A stretch of 64,000 nucleotides of DNA from Oceanicoccus sp. (GTDB lineage Bacteria > Pseudomonadota > Gammaproteobacteria > Pseudomonadales > Dasaniaceae), in assembly GCA_036963965.1 (NCBI GenBank), contig JBALTE010000011.1, positions 9,150-73,149 on the forward strand. Direction: 5' to 3'. Positions 7,380-16,770 of the stretch are shown piece by piece. How positions within the stretch are numbered: position 1 is the first letter of the stretch; each line of letters opens with the position of its first letter. The translations under genes were made by a program, and so were the position numbers. The notes beneath the pieces were generated by a model. It saw nothing but the letters and a program-made list of their open reading frames with translations, was not told the DNA's origin and ran no database searches.

Positions 7380-8156
7380 ATGTTGAAAGAACTTTTCTCT
7401 CTACAGGACAAAACCTGTGTGGTTACCGGTGGCTCGCGCGGCCTCGGCTTCGCTATCGCCCGGATATTCCTTGACGCGGGAGCCCGCCGGGTATACATCA
7501 CCGCGCGCAAAGAAGCCGCCTGTCAGCAAGCAGCTGAAGAGTTGTCACAGTTTGGCGAGTGCATTGCCATTCCTAGCGACTTGGCTCAAATGGAAGAAGT
7601 GGAACGCTTCTCCAACCTACTCAAGGAGCAGGAAAGCTCAATCGACGTACTGGTCAACAACGCGGGTGTAGGCTGGCTGGCACCACTGGAAGAATTTCCG
7701 GAAAAGGGCTGGGATAAGGTCATGGATCTCAACGTCAAATCACCATTTTTCCTGACCCAAAAATTGCTACCTTTACTGCGAGAGGGAGGCAGTCAGAAGA
7801 ACACCGCCAGCGTAATCAATATCGGTTCCATTGCAGGTATTTTGGGAAAAACGGATACCTTTAGTTACGCCCCCAGTAAGTCAGCCATTCACCAAGTAAC
7901 CCGCAATCTCGCCTATACATTGGCGGATCAGCATATACGGGTCAACGCCATCGCCCCAGGGCGTTTTCATACGTCTATGACTGATTATGCCAAGGCTGAC
8001 GAAGCTGCCTACCAAAACGAACTGCGCTCAATTCCCCTTCACCGTTGGGGCGAAGACACTGACATCATGGGCGTAGCGTTAATGTTAGCCAGTGCAGCAG
8101 GCGCCTTTATCACCGGCCAAATTATTCCAGTTGATGGCGGTACTACAGTGGCCTAG
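7380..8156 (+). CDS. SDR family oxidoreductase
   Basis: TGGSRGLG cofactor motif, NNAG, and a Y-x3-K (YAPSKSA) catalytic motif. The ATG at 7380 has AGGAG 10 nt upstream. The track's 81-aa N-terminal extension has no SDR features. Confidence 0.85.
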   Translation: MLKELFSLQDKTCVVTGGSRGLGFAIARIFLDAGARRVYITARKEAACQQAAEELSQFGECIAIPSDLAQMEEVERFSNLLKEQESSIDVLVNNAGVGWLAPLEEFPEKGWDKVMDLNVKSPFFLTQKLLPLLREGGSQKNTASVINIGSIAGILGKTDTFSYAPSKSAIHQVTRNLAYTLADQHIRVNAIAPGRFHTSMTDYAKADEAAYQNELRSIPLHRWGEDTDIMGVALMLASAAGAFITGQIIPVDGGTTVA

Positions 8157-8548
8157 AAATTAGTGCTGGAGTACCGCCAGACAAGCCCGTGCCGCTCATT
8201 AAGCATTCGCTCTTGGCACTTAGCGGACTTTCAGCGCTGACCAAATCCAGGGCATTTAAGGTCTACTTACAGGAGTGGAACGGGCATGAACTTTATTCAT
8301 GCCGTAGGGAAAACGCTATAATGGCCGGCGCACCAATGATTGATGCGTTATAACTATAAAGTTGAGTATTGATAATAGCTGTCGATTGGCAGTAGCCGCG
8401 GCGGTGTAGTAGATTGAGCGAAATCAGAAGGTGTTAATCCTTCCTATACTCCAGCGTGCCGGGTGATTGATGGTATCCATAGGGCAGCGATTATTTAAAG
8501 ATTATATGCCCAATAAAGCAGACCGATTAAAGCAAGAGAGGAAACATT

Positions 8549-9193
8549 ATGTCGAAATTAATACTGGGAGCAATATTGTACGAGGGGTTTGAGCTTTTAG
8601 ATATGTTTGGGCCGCTGGAAATGTTCACCGCGCTTCCTGCTGAAATGTTGGAAGTGGTGATGATTGCTGAGGAAAAAGGCAAGGTAAATGCGGGGTCCAT
8701 GTCGGGTGCTCCTATGCCGTCGGTGCTAGCTGATTACAGTTTTGACACAGCCCCGGCACTCGATCTGATATTAGTGCCAGGAGGCATGGGAACTATCCCT
8801 GAACTCGACAATGTTGCGATGCTTGATTTTCTTGCTGAGCGGGCTAAAACGGCGACTATCACAAGTTCGGTTTGCACTGGTTCAGCGCTGTTGGCGAAGG
8901 CCGGCATTTTGGATGGCAAGAAGGCGACTTCAAATAAGCAGGTTTTTAATCTCGCAGTGGGCAGCTCTGACAAGGTCGATTGGATTGAATCAGCGCGATG
9001 GGTTGATGACGGTAATGTCGTCACCAGTTCAGGTGTATCAGCCGGTATAGATATGTCGCTAGCGATCATTGCGAGACTATTTGATGTCGCTACAGCCGAA
9101 GCCATTGCCAACGCGGCGGAATATACGTGGCATAAAGATGCCAGTGTGGACCCATTTGTGCAATACCTTAATCAGGTAGATTTGCCTGGCTAG
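8549..9193 (+). CDS. DJ-1/PfpI family protein (isonitrile-hydratase/ThiJ-like)
   Basis: Nucleophile-elbow Cys in SVCTGSALLAKAGILDGKKAT. Typical length of about 210 aa. Confidence 0.8.
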   Translation: MSKLILGAILYEGFELLDMFGPLEMFTALPAEMLEVVMIAEEKGKVNAGSMSGAPMPSVLADYSFDTAPALDLILVPGGMGTIPELDNVAMLDFLAERAKTATITSSVCTGSALLAKAGILDGKKATSNKQVFNLAVGSSDKVDWIESARWVDDGNVVTSSGVSAGIDMSLAIIARLFDVATAEAIANAAEYTWHKDASVDPFVQYLNQVDLPG

Positions 9194-9264
9194 CTATCCA
9201 TCAATGGCTGCCGGCATTTGGGATTGGTTTGACAGTGATATTTTTGCATTGCTCTCACTAATCC

Positions 9265-10395
9265 TTAATCAGGCACAACCCTTAGCACTTTGCCGCTATC
9301 ACTATCGGTTAAAATATACAGAAAACCATCGGGGCCGACACGTATGTCGCGTATGCGTGCGGCAATCTCGGGAAAAACGGGTGTCTCGCCTATAACTTTG
9401 CCGGACTCAATTTTTAAGTGTCGCACTTCCTGGTCGACCAGTGCACCGACAAAAAGGTCTCCTTGCCATTGAGGAAATGCAGTACCGTCATAAATGGCCA
9501 ATCCTGATGGTGCAATACTTGGTACCCAATAAGTTAAGGGCTCTTCAACGCCTGGGGCTGTTTTCAGAGGCGAGACATAAGCCCCTGAATAATTAATACC
9601 TTTGGTGACCGCGGGCCAGCCATAATTGAGAGCGGGCAAGACTGCATTCAGCTCATCCCCACCTTGCGGGCCATGCTCGTGCATATAAACGATGCCTGTG
9701 GTGTCATCCAACACCAATCCTTGCGGACTTCGATGACCATAAGACCAAACCCTGGGGTCGCCCTGTTTGCCATCTGCATAGGGGTTGTCGTTGGGCACGC
9801 TACCATCTTTGTTTATGCGAATGATCTTTCCCAGTAGGCTAAACTTGTCCTGTGCCGCCTCGCGGTACTCGAAGCCATCGCCAGTCGTCATCATTATGGT
9901 GCCGTCATGCAAGAAAATCATCTTGCCACCATAGTGAACCGGGGTGTCTTTTAGTGGAGAGACGGTAAATAGGGTCTGGACATTTTCAACTGCTATGTCG
10001 TTTAACGTACCCTTAACTATTCGGGTGCCATTTTCAGAGGCAGTGCCATGGGCAAAGGAGAGGTAGATGGTTTGATTCGTGGTGAAATCCGGATCTAGCA
10101 TAATGTCGAAGTAACCGCCCTGGCTGGCTACATACGTATCGGGTAAGCCAATCAATGGTTCCCCGACGTCGCCCTGTGCGCTGATGCGACGAACTTCACC
10201 AACCCTTAAGGCTACGAGGTAGTCCCCATTAGGTAGGAAGGCGATGGACCATGGATAGTCTAGCCCTTCGGCAATGGTTTCAATTTTGTAACCGGCATCG
10301 AGTTGATTACTTGACTCCGCAGCCGCATCTACTGCGCTGACGGCTACGCTGAATATCGTTAAGATGAACATCGTGGCCAGTAGTTTATTGCGCAT
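9265..10395 (-). CDS. PQQ-dependent sugar dehydrogenase (soluble aldose dehydrogenase / YliI-like), secreted
   Basis: Signal peptide, then GLDYPWSIAFLPNGDYLV, HRSPQGL and HGPQGGDELN beta-propeller motifs. Confidence 0.8.
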   Translation of the reverse strand: MRNKLLATMFILTIFSVAVSAVDAAAESSNQLDAGYKIETIAEGLDYPWSIAFLPNGDYLVALRVGEVRRISAQGDVGEPLIGLPDTYVASQGGYFDIMLDPDFTTNQTIYLSFAHGTASENGTRIVKGTLNDIAVENVQTLFTVSPLKDTPVHYGGKMIFLHDGTIMMTTGDGFEYREAAQDKFSLLGKIIRINKDGSVPNDNPYADGKQGDPRVWSYGHRSPQGLVLDDTTGIVYMHEHGPQGGDELNAVLPALNYGWPAVTKGINYSGAYVSPLKTAPGVEEPLTYWVPSIAPSGLAIYDGTAFPQWQGDLFVGALVDQEVRHLKIESGKVIGETPVFPEIAARIRDIRVGPDGFLYILTDSDSGKVLRVVPD

Positions 10396-10460
10396 AACCC
10401 TTTCACTCCCATCAATTTCCAGTCATCATAACAAACACACCGGAATATGTAGGTTTTTAA

Positions 10461-10907
10461 ATGCAACATTCAATAGTTAGAAGCGTGGGTGGTTTTTTCG
10501 CCGCAGTTATCGCGGCGTATGTCCTTGGCGCTATATTTATCAGTCAAGGCAACATTGCCAGTATTGTTGCAATGGACTTCGACGTTTCTGTAGCACAGCG
10601 ATTCGAAGCCGCGGTGCATGATGTGATGCATATGACAAATATCTATCTCCCGGTGATCGCCGTGAGTTATTTTATTTCTATGCCGGTTGCCACACTTATC
10701 ATTAAGTATTTTCCTCAGCAGCGCATGACCTTGTATGTATTGGCGGGTGCCGTTGGTTTGGTTGCCATTCATGTCATAATGAAACTGGTTCTCGGTTTTT
10801 CTGGTATTGCAGCCACTCGCACCTTTGCCGGGTTGATTGCGCAGGCAATTGCCGGTGGGTTTGGTGGCTATTTATTTCATCGGGTCTCTATGAAACACAG
10901 AACATAG
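10461..10907 (+). CDS. hypothetical membrane protein (4 predicted TM spans)
   Basis: Hydrophobic throughout. No recognisable motif. Confidence 0.55.
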   Translation: MQHSIVRSVGGFFAAVIAAYVLGAIFISQGNIASIVAMDFDVSVAQRFEAAVHDVMHMTNIYLPVIAVSYFISMPVATLIIKYFPQQRMTLYVLAGAVGLVAIHVIMKLVLGFSGIAATRTFAGLIAQAIAGGFGGYLFHRVSMKHRT

Positions 10908-11129
10908 CAACACTATTTGGACGGCATAGTATTTCACTTTAGAATTTTTAAACGGGGTTGCTCAGAGCTCGAATGGGTTGATAATTGGGGTGAAGCAAAC
11001 TTAGCCAGAGTTTTATGGTTATAGTGAATAATTGGCCCATCTGAGATACCTGATCTATGAGTCAGTACTTACATGTCTCTGGAATGATACAATTACCACA
11101 ATATATACCTGCTTCTCCAAGAGATTTTT

Positions 11130-11477
11130 ATGACCCTAAACACGCTACTAGAACAGTTGGTACAACAGCCCGGAAATGTTGAGTTTGATCAGGTGATACA
11201 CGTTATTACTGAATATTATGAATACACACCAACTCGCTTTTGCAATGGTCCTGAGCTGGTCAACGAAGCGGGAACTAATGAAGGCTCTTGTAAAATATTT
11301 GCATTCGCTCAGCAGCAGCAGTTGAATAAAGATGAAACTTTGGCCTGTTTTGGAAAATATTACCGAAAGGATGTCTTAGAGAATCTGACCGGGGACGACC
11401 ATGGTAATATCCGGTCGTTTATAGCGCATGGCTGGGACGGCATTAAATTTGACCAAATAGCCCTCACCAGACGATAA
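11130..11477 (+). CDS. HopJ type III effector-like family protein
   Basis: YEYTPTRFCNG...NEGSCKIFAFAQ...GDDHGNIR matches my recollection of the HopJ (PF08888) family. Confidence 0.65.
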   Translation: MTLNTLLEQLVQQPGNVEFDQVIHVITEYYEYTPTRFCNGPELVNEAGTNEGSCKIFAFAQQQQLNKDETLACFGKYYRKDVLENLTGDDHGNIRSFIAHGWDGIKFDQIALTRR

Positions 11478-11511
11478 GTTATCTCGTTTCCCAATTGTTG
11501 ATCTTACCTCT

Positions 11512-11638
11512 TTTAATGGCCAGCCAAGCTGGCTAGCAATTTCTGTGTTTTATCAATTTTGATAGGCTTGGCTAGATACCCATCTATCGCTGCGTCTAAA
11601 CATTGGTCTATATGTTCAGGCCGGCCATCAAAATGAGA
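11512..11638 (-). pseudogene. remnant of a response-regulator receiver domain (C-terminal ~40 codons only)
   Basis: The minus-strand translation SHFDGRPEHIDQCLDAAIDGYLAKPIKIDKTQKLLASLAGH* is the alpha4-beta5-alpha5 end of a REC domain (..AG.DGYL.KPI..). An in-frame TGA lies immediately upstream at 11639-11641, and no N-terminal part is present. Confidence 0.5.
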
Positions 11639-11753
11639 TCACAGAGGGTCTCCCGAGTATAAAGTCACTCACGACAAGTTTCATTTTTTAGGGATTATAA
11701 ACTGGCGCGCGCCTTCGGCGAGAGAGCGGTTGCTGTACTGTGAATGACTAGGT

Positions 11754-11792
11754 TAGAGTAGCCTGGAGAAGGGCGTTTGTTCCACTTATAGG
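11754..11792 (+). repeat. conserved intergenic motif, copy B
   Basis: TAGAGTAGCCTGGAGAAGGGCGTTTGTTCCACTTATAGG, 86 nt upstream of the SDR start at 11878. Confidence 0.6.
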
Positions 11793-11877
11793 CTCTAGAA
11801 ACACTTTCAGGAACGAGATTGATTGGAACGCGAAAACAGGGTTTTACAAACTAAGAATCATCACAAGGAGTTGGTCC

Positions 11878-12720
11878 ATGGGTAGATTAGACGGTAAAGT
11901 TGCCATTATTACTGGCGGTGCGAGTGGCATCGGTGAAGGTACAGTTAAGTTGTTTGTTGGCCATGGCGCGAAAGTTGTGATTGCCGATGTTCAGGATGAG
12001 GCGGGTGAACGCTTAGCCCTAGCGTTAGGTGAAAATGCAGTCTATCAGCACACGGATGTTTCTAAGGAAGCTGACATAGAAGCAATGATCAATGTTGCTA
12101 TGTCCAGATTTGGCAGACTTGATTGTCTGTTTAATAATGCAGGGTTCGGCGGTGTCAGCGGTGAGATCGATCAAATTGAACTTGGCGAGGATTATGACGC
12201 CACCATAGGGGTTATGTTTACCGGCGTCATGTTGGGTATGAAACATGCTGCGAAAATAATGAAAGAGCAAAAATCGGGCTCCATCATCAGTACAGCAAGT
12301 GTTGCAGCAATACAGGGTGGACTGGGTCCACACGTATATTCAGGTATTAAGGCCGGGGTGATTGGTTTGACCCAGTCGGTTGCGCTTGAACTGGCCGTCT
12401 TCGGTGTCAGAGTCAACGCTATTTGTCCGGGGGGCATCGCGACACCGATCTTTGCTCCTATGTTGGAAGATCAGCCATTAGGCGACAATGAAGATACTGC
12501 AACAAGAATGCGGCCAGTTCTGGCGGCAAGCACACCGATAGGCCGCTCCGGTGAACCTGATGATATTGGTCATATGGCAGTATTTCTCGCCAGCGATGAT
12601 TCGACCTTTGTGACAGGTCAGCATCTTTTAGTTGATGGTGGTTTATGTAGCATGCACTATCAGTCAGAGGGTGGTGGTATAGCTGACTTGGACATGAATA
12701 GCAGTGCTGATACCAAATAG
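11878..12720 (+). CDS. SDR family oxidoreductase
   Basis: TGGASGIG, NNAG and YSGIKAG (Y-x3-K) motifs. AAGGAG lies upstream. Confidence 0.85.
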   Translation: MGRLDGKVAIITGGASGIGEGTVKLFVGHGAKVVIADVQDEAGERLALALGENAVYQHTDVSKEADIEAMINVAMSRFGRLDCLFNNAGFGGVSGEIDQIELGEDYDATIGVMFTGVMLGMKHAAKIMKEQKSGSIISTASVAAIQGGLGPHVYSGIKAGVIGLTQSVALELAVFGVRVNAICPGGIATPIFAPMLEDQPLGDNEDTATRMRPVLAASTPIGRSGEPDDIGHMAVFLASDDSTFVTGQHLLVDGGLCSMHYQSEGGGIADLDMNSSADTK

Positions 12721-12751
12721 GGGATCTTGTTATTGGATGCAGGCTCGAAGA

Positions 12752-13681
12752 TCAATCTAGCCTGCATTGATTTTCTTTTGCTTCGAGGGCTAGATTTTCC
12801 GGGCTACAAAAAAAGCGATTTTTCTGTGACACCGGGTCAATAAAACGTAACTGCTTAGCGAGTAATTGTAAGGGTTGGTTAAAGTTGTCGGGGGATTTTT
12901 CTTCTAACACCGGATAGTACTTGTCGTTCAATATTGGCCAGCCAATGGATTGCATATGGACACGTAGTTGGTGTGTTTTACCCGTAATCGGTTTGAGCTC
13001 GAATAACGCTTTGTCTCCGTATTGTCGGAGGCCACGAATCATAGAGTGACTATTGGCTTCACCTGCTACAACATGCATACGAAAGCGCGGATCAGCTTGG
13101 ACCAAGCGGTTTTTCACCTGCCATTCCTTCGCAATTATTTCTTGGTCGCAATCTACGTTTGCTATGGCATGGTAGGTTTTTTCGATTTGACGTTGGCTAA
13201 AAAGCTGATGGTAGAGGTGGCGTGTTGCGGGATTGGTGGAAAATAGCACCAGGCCTGCGGTGACTCGGTCTAACCGGTGTAGTGCTTGTAATGATTTGAT
13301 TCCCGTTGTGAGTCGTAGGCGGTTTTGCAGACATTCATTTACGAAGACTCCGCCCGGGGTTAACGCAAGAAAGTGCGGCTTATGCACGACTAAAAGGTGC
13401 TCATTCTGAAACAGGATCGTTTCTGTAAAGGGAATGGCAGGCTCGTGCTCAACTTCGCGATAATAATAAACACGCTGCTGTGCCCGGAAGGGGGTCTCCG
13501 GTGTAATGAAGCTGCCGTCATGCCAGTGAACTTTGCCATCGATCATGCGCTGCTGCCAAACCAGGGCATCAACGCCTGGAAATTTTTCTGCGAGATAGTC
13601 GAGTACCGTCGTGACACCTGGATTCTGTTGAGGAAGGCTAAGTTTTGACGGCTGGCTGGCAATGCCCATATGGCTTTCCAA
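12752..13681 (-). CDS. RluA-family pseudouridine synthase
   Basis: Catalytic HRLDRVTAGLVLF motif and the downstream GKTHQLRVH motif. Confidence 0.8.
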   Translation of the reverse strand: MESHMGIASQPSKLSLPQQNPGVTTVLDYLAEKFPGVDALVWQQRMIDGKVHWHDGSFITPETPFRAQQRVYYYREVEHEPAIPFTETILFQNEHLLVVHKPHFLALTPGGVFVNECLQNRLRLTTGIKSLQALHRLDRVTAGLVLFSTNPATRHLYHQLFSQRQIEKTYHAIANVDCDQEIIAKEWQVKNRLVQADPRFRMHVVAGEANSHSMIRGLRQYGDKALFELKPITGKTHQLRVHMQSIGWPILNDKYYPVLEEKSPDNFNQPLQLLAKQLRFIDPVSQKNRFFCSPENLALEAKENQCRLD

Positions 13682-13765
13682 ATAAGAAATTGTAACAGGC
13701 GGAAGTGAAGGCGCAGTTATTTTTCAGGCGCCTTGGCTAGTCGTTGTTAACAGCACGGCGCGATA

Positions 13766-14248
13766 TTAAGAAAAGCTTAACGTGCGCTCAATAAGCTGTA
13801 ACGCGCGCGCCGAAAACTCGAACATATTCTTCTCTCGATCACCATGCCCGGTGACGATTATTTCACTATTATCAGTTGGTCCGGCCAGCGCAATCACGCT
13901 GATTCCGACTTCTTCGCTGTAGGGTGTTCTTCCTGGGCCTGCAACGCCAAGCTCTGCGAGCCCCCAGTCAGACCCCATAGAGTTGCGTATTGAATGTGCA
14001 AATACCATTGCCATTTCTGGTGTTAACGGCTTCAATCCCCTTAACTCGTCCATTGGCAAGTCGAGAAATACCTTTCTTGAGGCTTTCGTGTAGATCACCG
14101 TGCCGCCGGCATAATAAGCAGAAGCGCCAGGCACAGACAATAATCCTGCGCTAATAATTCCGCCAGCGGACGACTCCGCAACAGCTATCGTCTCTTTTCT
14201 TTCCTTCAGCAGAGCTGCTGCTCCCTGCGCCATCGATTGTAAGTTCAT
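13766..14248 (-). CDS. CinA-family (PncC-type nicotinamide-nucleotide amidase domain) protein
   Basis: IAVAESSAGGIISAGLLSVPGASAYYAGGTVIY is the CinA C-terminal domain signature. Confidence 0.8.
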   Translation of the reverse strand: MNLQSMAQGAAALLKERKETIAVAESSAGGIISAGLLSVPGASAYYAGGTVIYTKASRKVFLDLPMDELRGLKPLTPEMAMVFAHSIRNSMGSDWGLAELGVAGPGRTPYSEEVGISVIALAGPTDNSEIIVTGHGDREKNMFEFSARALQLIERTLSFS

Positions 14249-14398
14249 TTTTCTAGCTCCGGTTCACTAATTAAGCCCTGCGCGACTGGTGTCAGAACCA
14301 TTTAGTCCTGTTATCCTTCGAGCTGATATTCTGTTTGTTGTTACGTTTTATCTATTCCACAAATTACGAGCTGCTGTTTATGTCAGATCAATCATCTC

Positions 14399-15628
14399 AT
14401 GGCTGAATCCGCTAGTGTAAAGAAATCCATCTGGCAGAACTCCAAATTTCTCGCCTATATGGGATCAACCACGTTCTATTCTGCTGGTTTTTCGATGCAG
14501 CAGCTCATTGTCAGCTGGCTATTGGTTGGTGTACTTGTATTGCCGGGTGATGAAGTTGGGCTGATACAAGCTGTTATCGGTATACCCGGTTTGTTTTTAA
14601 TGCTCTGGGGTGGAGCAAGTGCTGACAACAAAGACCCCCGGTCTATTCTTGTCAGTGTGTATTCAATCACCTGGCTGTTTCCGCTGATGCTAGTGGTTTG
14701 TATTTATTATGACCTGCTGAATATCTGGACGATTCTGCTGTTTGGACTTGCTGTCAGTACTGCGACTTCTTTTTCCAGTCCTGCCCAGCAGGCGATACTG
14801 AATCATGTTGCTGGTGGTGACATCCAAAAAGCGGTGACGGCTTCTACAGCTCTAGTGTTTCTGGTTCAAATGTTTTCACTTGGTTTTGCTGGCCAAATGG
14901 ACAAAATCGGCTTGAGCACCGTACTGGTTGTTCAGGCCGTGTGTATTTTACTCGGTGCTCTGATGATCATGCGGCTTAAAAAAACAGCGCCTTCACCTCA
15001 ACCACCGGGCGAGACGTCGTGGCACAGATTAATAAAGGGTTTCAGAGCAACCTACAATAACAAAAAAGTTTTTCACCTACTCGTCATCAACTTTATTTCC
15101 AGCGTTTTTAATGCCGGTGCATTTATGACCGTTGTACCGTTTGTGGTTAAGAGAGCGTACCAAGGGGATGCGCTTCAGCTCGCAACTATAATGATAATTT
15201 TCTATTTTGGCGCCACGTTAACTAATCTGGTTATGTTTAAAATTATGCCCATTGCTCGTCCAGGTCGTTGGTTTCTTGCGATGCAACTAAGTCGTGTCAT
15301 TATCTTGGTCTTGTTGTGGATAAAACCAGATTGGTGGTTATTGATCATCGCAATGTTTGCCTGGGGCTTAAATATGGGGGTAACAACCACACTATCCCGG
15401 ACGATTGTACAAGAGTCAGCAGAGCCCGAGTTCAGGGCAAGAATTCTGTCTGTTTATAGTTTGGGGCTTATTGGTAGCGCTCCAATTGGAGCAATTGTTC
15501 TCGGTAATATTATCGAGATATTTGGCACGCTTGAAGCACTGATTCCGGCCATGTTCGTTTCAGTTATTCTGTTTGTTTACGGTGTATTTTTCTCTCCCGT
15601 TTGGTCATATGCTTCACCGCGACATTGA
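14399..15628 (+). CDS. MFS transporter
   Basis: About 12 hydrophobic spans in 409 aa, with an EntS/MFS_3-like layout. Confidence 0.75.
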   Translation: MAESASVKKSIWQNSKFLAYMGSTTFYSAGFSMQQLIVSWLLVGVLVLPGDEVGLIQAVIGIPGLFLMLWGGASADNKDPRSILVSVYSITWLFPLMLVVCIYYDLLNIWTILLFGLAVSTATSFSSPAQQAILNHVAGGDIQKAVTASTALVFLVQMFSLGFAGQMDKIGLSTVLVVQAVCILLGALMIMRLKKTAPSPQPPGETSWHRLIKGFRATYNNKKVFHLLVINFISSVFNAGAFMTVVPFVVKRAYQGDALQLATIMIIFYFGATLTNLVMFKIMPIARPGRWFLAMQLSRVIILVLLWIKPDWWLLIIAMFAWGLNMGVTTTLSRTIVQESAEPEFRARILSVYSLGLIGSAPIGAIVLGNIIEIFGTLEALIPAMFVSVILFVYGVFFSPVWSYASPRH

Positions 15629-15806
15629 TAACGCTTCAGTGAACCAGCGAGATGTTATAAGCGGAAAGTTGCGGGAATATTGGCTAGTACATCGATGACT
15701 TGACACGGAGCTGATTTATGGCACTTTCGAACGCTTCGATTCTATTGTTACAATTCGATTATCACTATTCATACGTCCACCAGGCTTTATTGTACGTGAC
15801 CATAGA

Positions 15807-16040
15807 ATGAATATTTTTGTGCTCGACCAAACTATAAAAACCTGTGCCCAGTTTCATTGCGACCAGCATGTCAGCAAGATGATAGGCGCGCGTTTTGAGT
15901 CTATTGGCTTGACGCCCTTTGCCCAGGCAATGCCGGAGTCTTATAAAATTGCAGATGATCCGGTGGCGGCCGATCGAGACTTTTATTGCGGTGAAAAAGC
16001 AGACTTTGCAACATGGAAAAAACGCAAATCTCCAGACTGA
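15807..16040 (+). CDS. hypothetical protein, possibly an internally deleted remnant
   Basis: The N-terminus MNIFVLDQTIKTCAQFHCDQHVSKM and the C-terminus YCGEKADFATWKKR resemble the two ends of a longer conserved family I cannot name with certainty. The middle appears missing. Confidence 0.3.
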   Translation: MNIFVLDQTIKTCAQFHCDQHVSKMIGARFESIGLTPFAQAMPESYKIADDPVAADRDFYCGEKADFATWKKRKSPD

Positions 16041-16290
16041 TGGTTGCCGCCCACTACTGCGTAATGGCTGCACCGAGATTCGATCTTTGCTTTCCCTTGT
16101 TTAAAGTAGTGTATTAGGTTGAATATTTCGGCTACAGTGGACAAAAAAAGAGCAACAATTTTTCTATACCCTCAATCCAGATCAATGCAACAAATCCGTG
16201 ATATATGATCCGAAAGCGGTGATCGACAGGAGATGAGGTGAATATTTGGCAATACAATCACAGTTATTCTGCGAGAGGGGCGAACAAACA

Positions 16291-16764
16291 ATGGCAACAC
16301 TAAAAGTAAACGGTAAAGTAATCGAGGTGGACGTCGAAGGTGATACGCCCTTGTTATGGGTGATTCGCGAACAAATTGGACTCACTGGTACTAAATATGC
16401 CTGCGGCATTGCTCAGTGCGGTTCGTGTACCGTGCACATAGATGGCCGTCCAGTACGGTCCTGTGTTTATCCTGTCGCGGGTGTTACCGCGGACCAAGAA
16501 ATCACTACTATCGAAGGCCTTTCAGAAGAAGGTGATCATCCGGTTCAGCAAGCGTGGGCAGAACTTGATACGCCACAATGCGGTTACTGCCAGTCCGGTA
16601 TGATTATGGCGGCGGCAGCACTGCTTGATAAAACACCGAACCCGAGTGATGAGAATATCAATAGTGAAATTACCAATATTTGTCGTTGCGGCACGTTTCA
16701 GCGAGTACGAGAAGGTATTCACCTCGCAGTAGAAATCAAACATAAGTCTGCAGCGAAGGTTTAA
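16291..16764 (+). CDS. (2Fe-2S)-binding small subunit of a xanthine-oxidase-family molybdenum hydroxylase (IorA-like)
   Basis: Two cluster motifs are present: C-G-x-x-x-C-G-x-C (CGIAQCGSC) and CGYCQSG...CRCG. The ATG at 16291 gives the typical MATLKVNGK start. Confidence 0.85.
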   Translation: MATLKVNGKVIEVDVEGDTPLLWVIREQIGLTGTKYACGIAQCGSCTVHIDGRPVRSCVYPVAGVTADQEITTIEGLSEEGDHPVQQAWAELDTPQCGYCQSGMIMAAAALLDKTPNPSDENINSEITNICRCGTFQRVREGIHLAVEIKHKSAAKV

Positions 16765-16770
16765 GGGGAG

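Noticed and set aside
15807-16049. Possible TGA read-through or selenocysteine at the end of the 77-aa ORF, where TGA is followed by an in-frame TGG TTG CCG.
   Set aside because: Only 7 further codons follow before a TAA. There is no redox motif at the TGA and no downstream hairpin.
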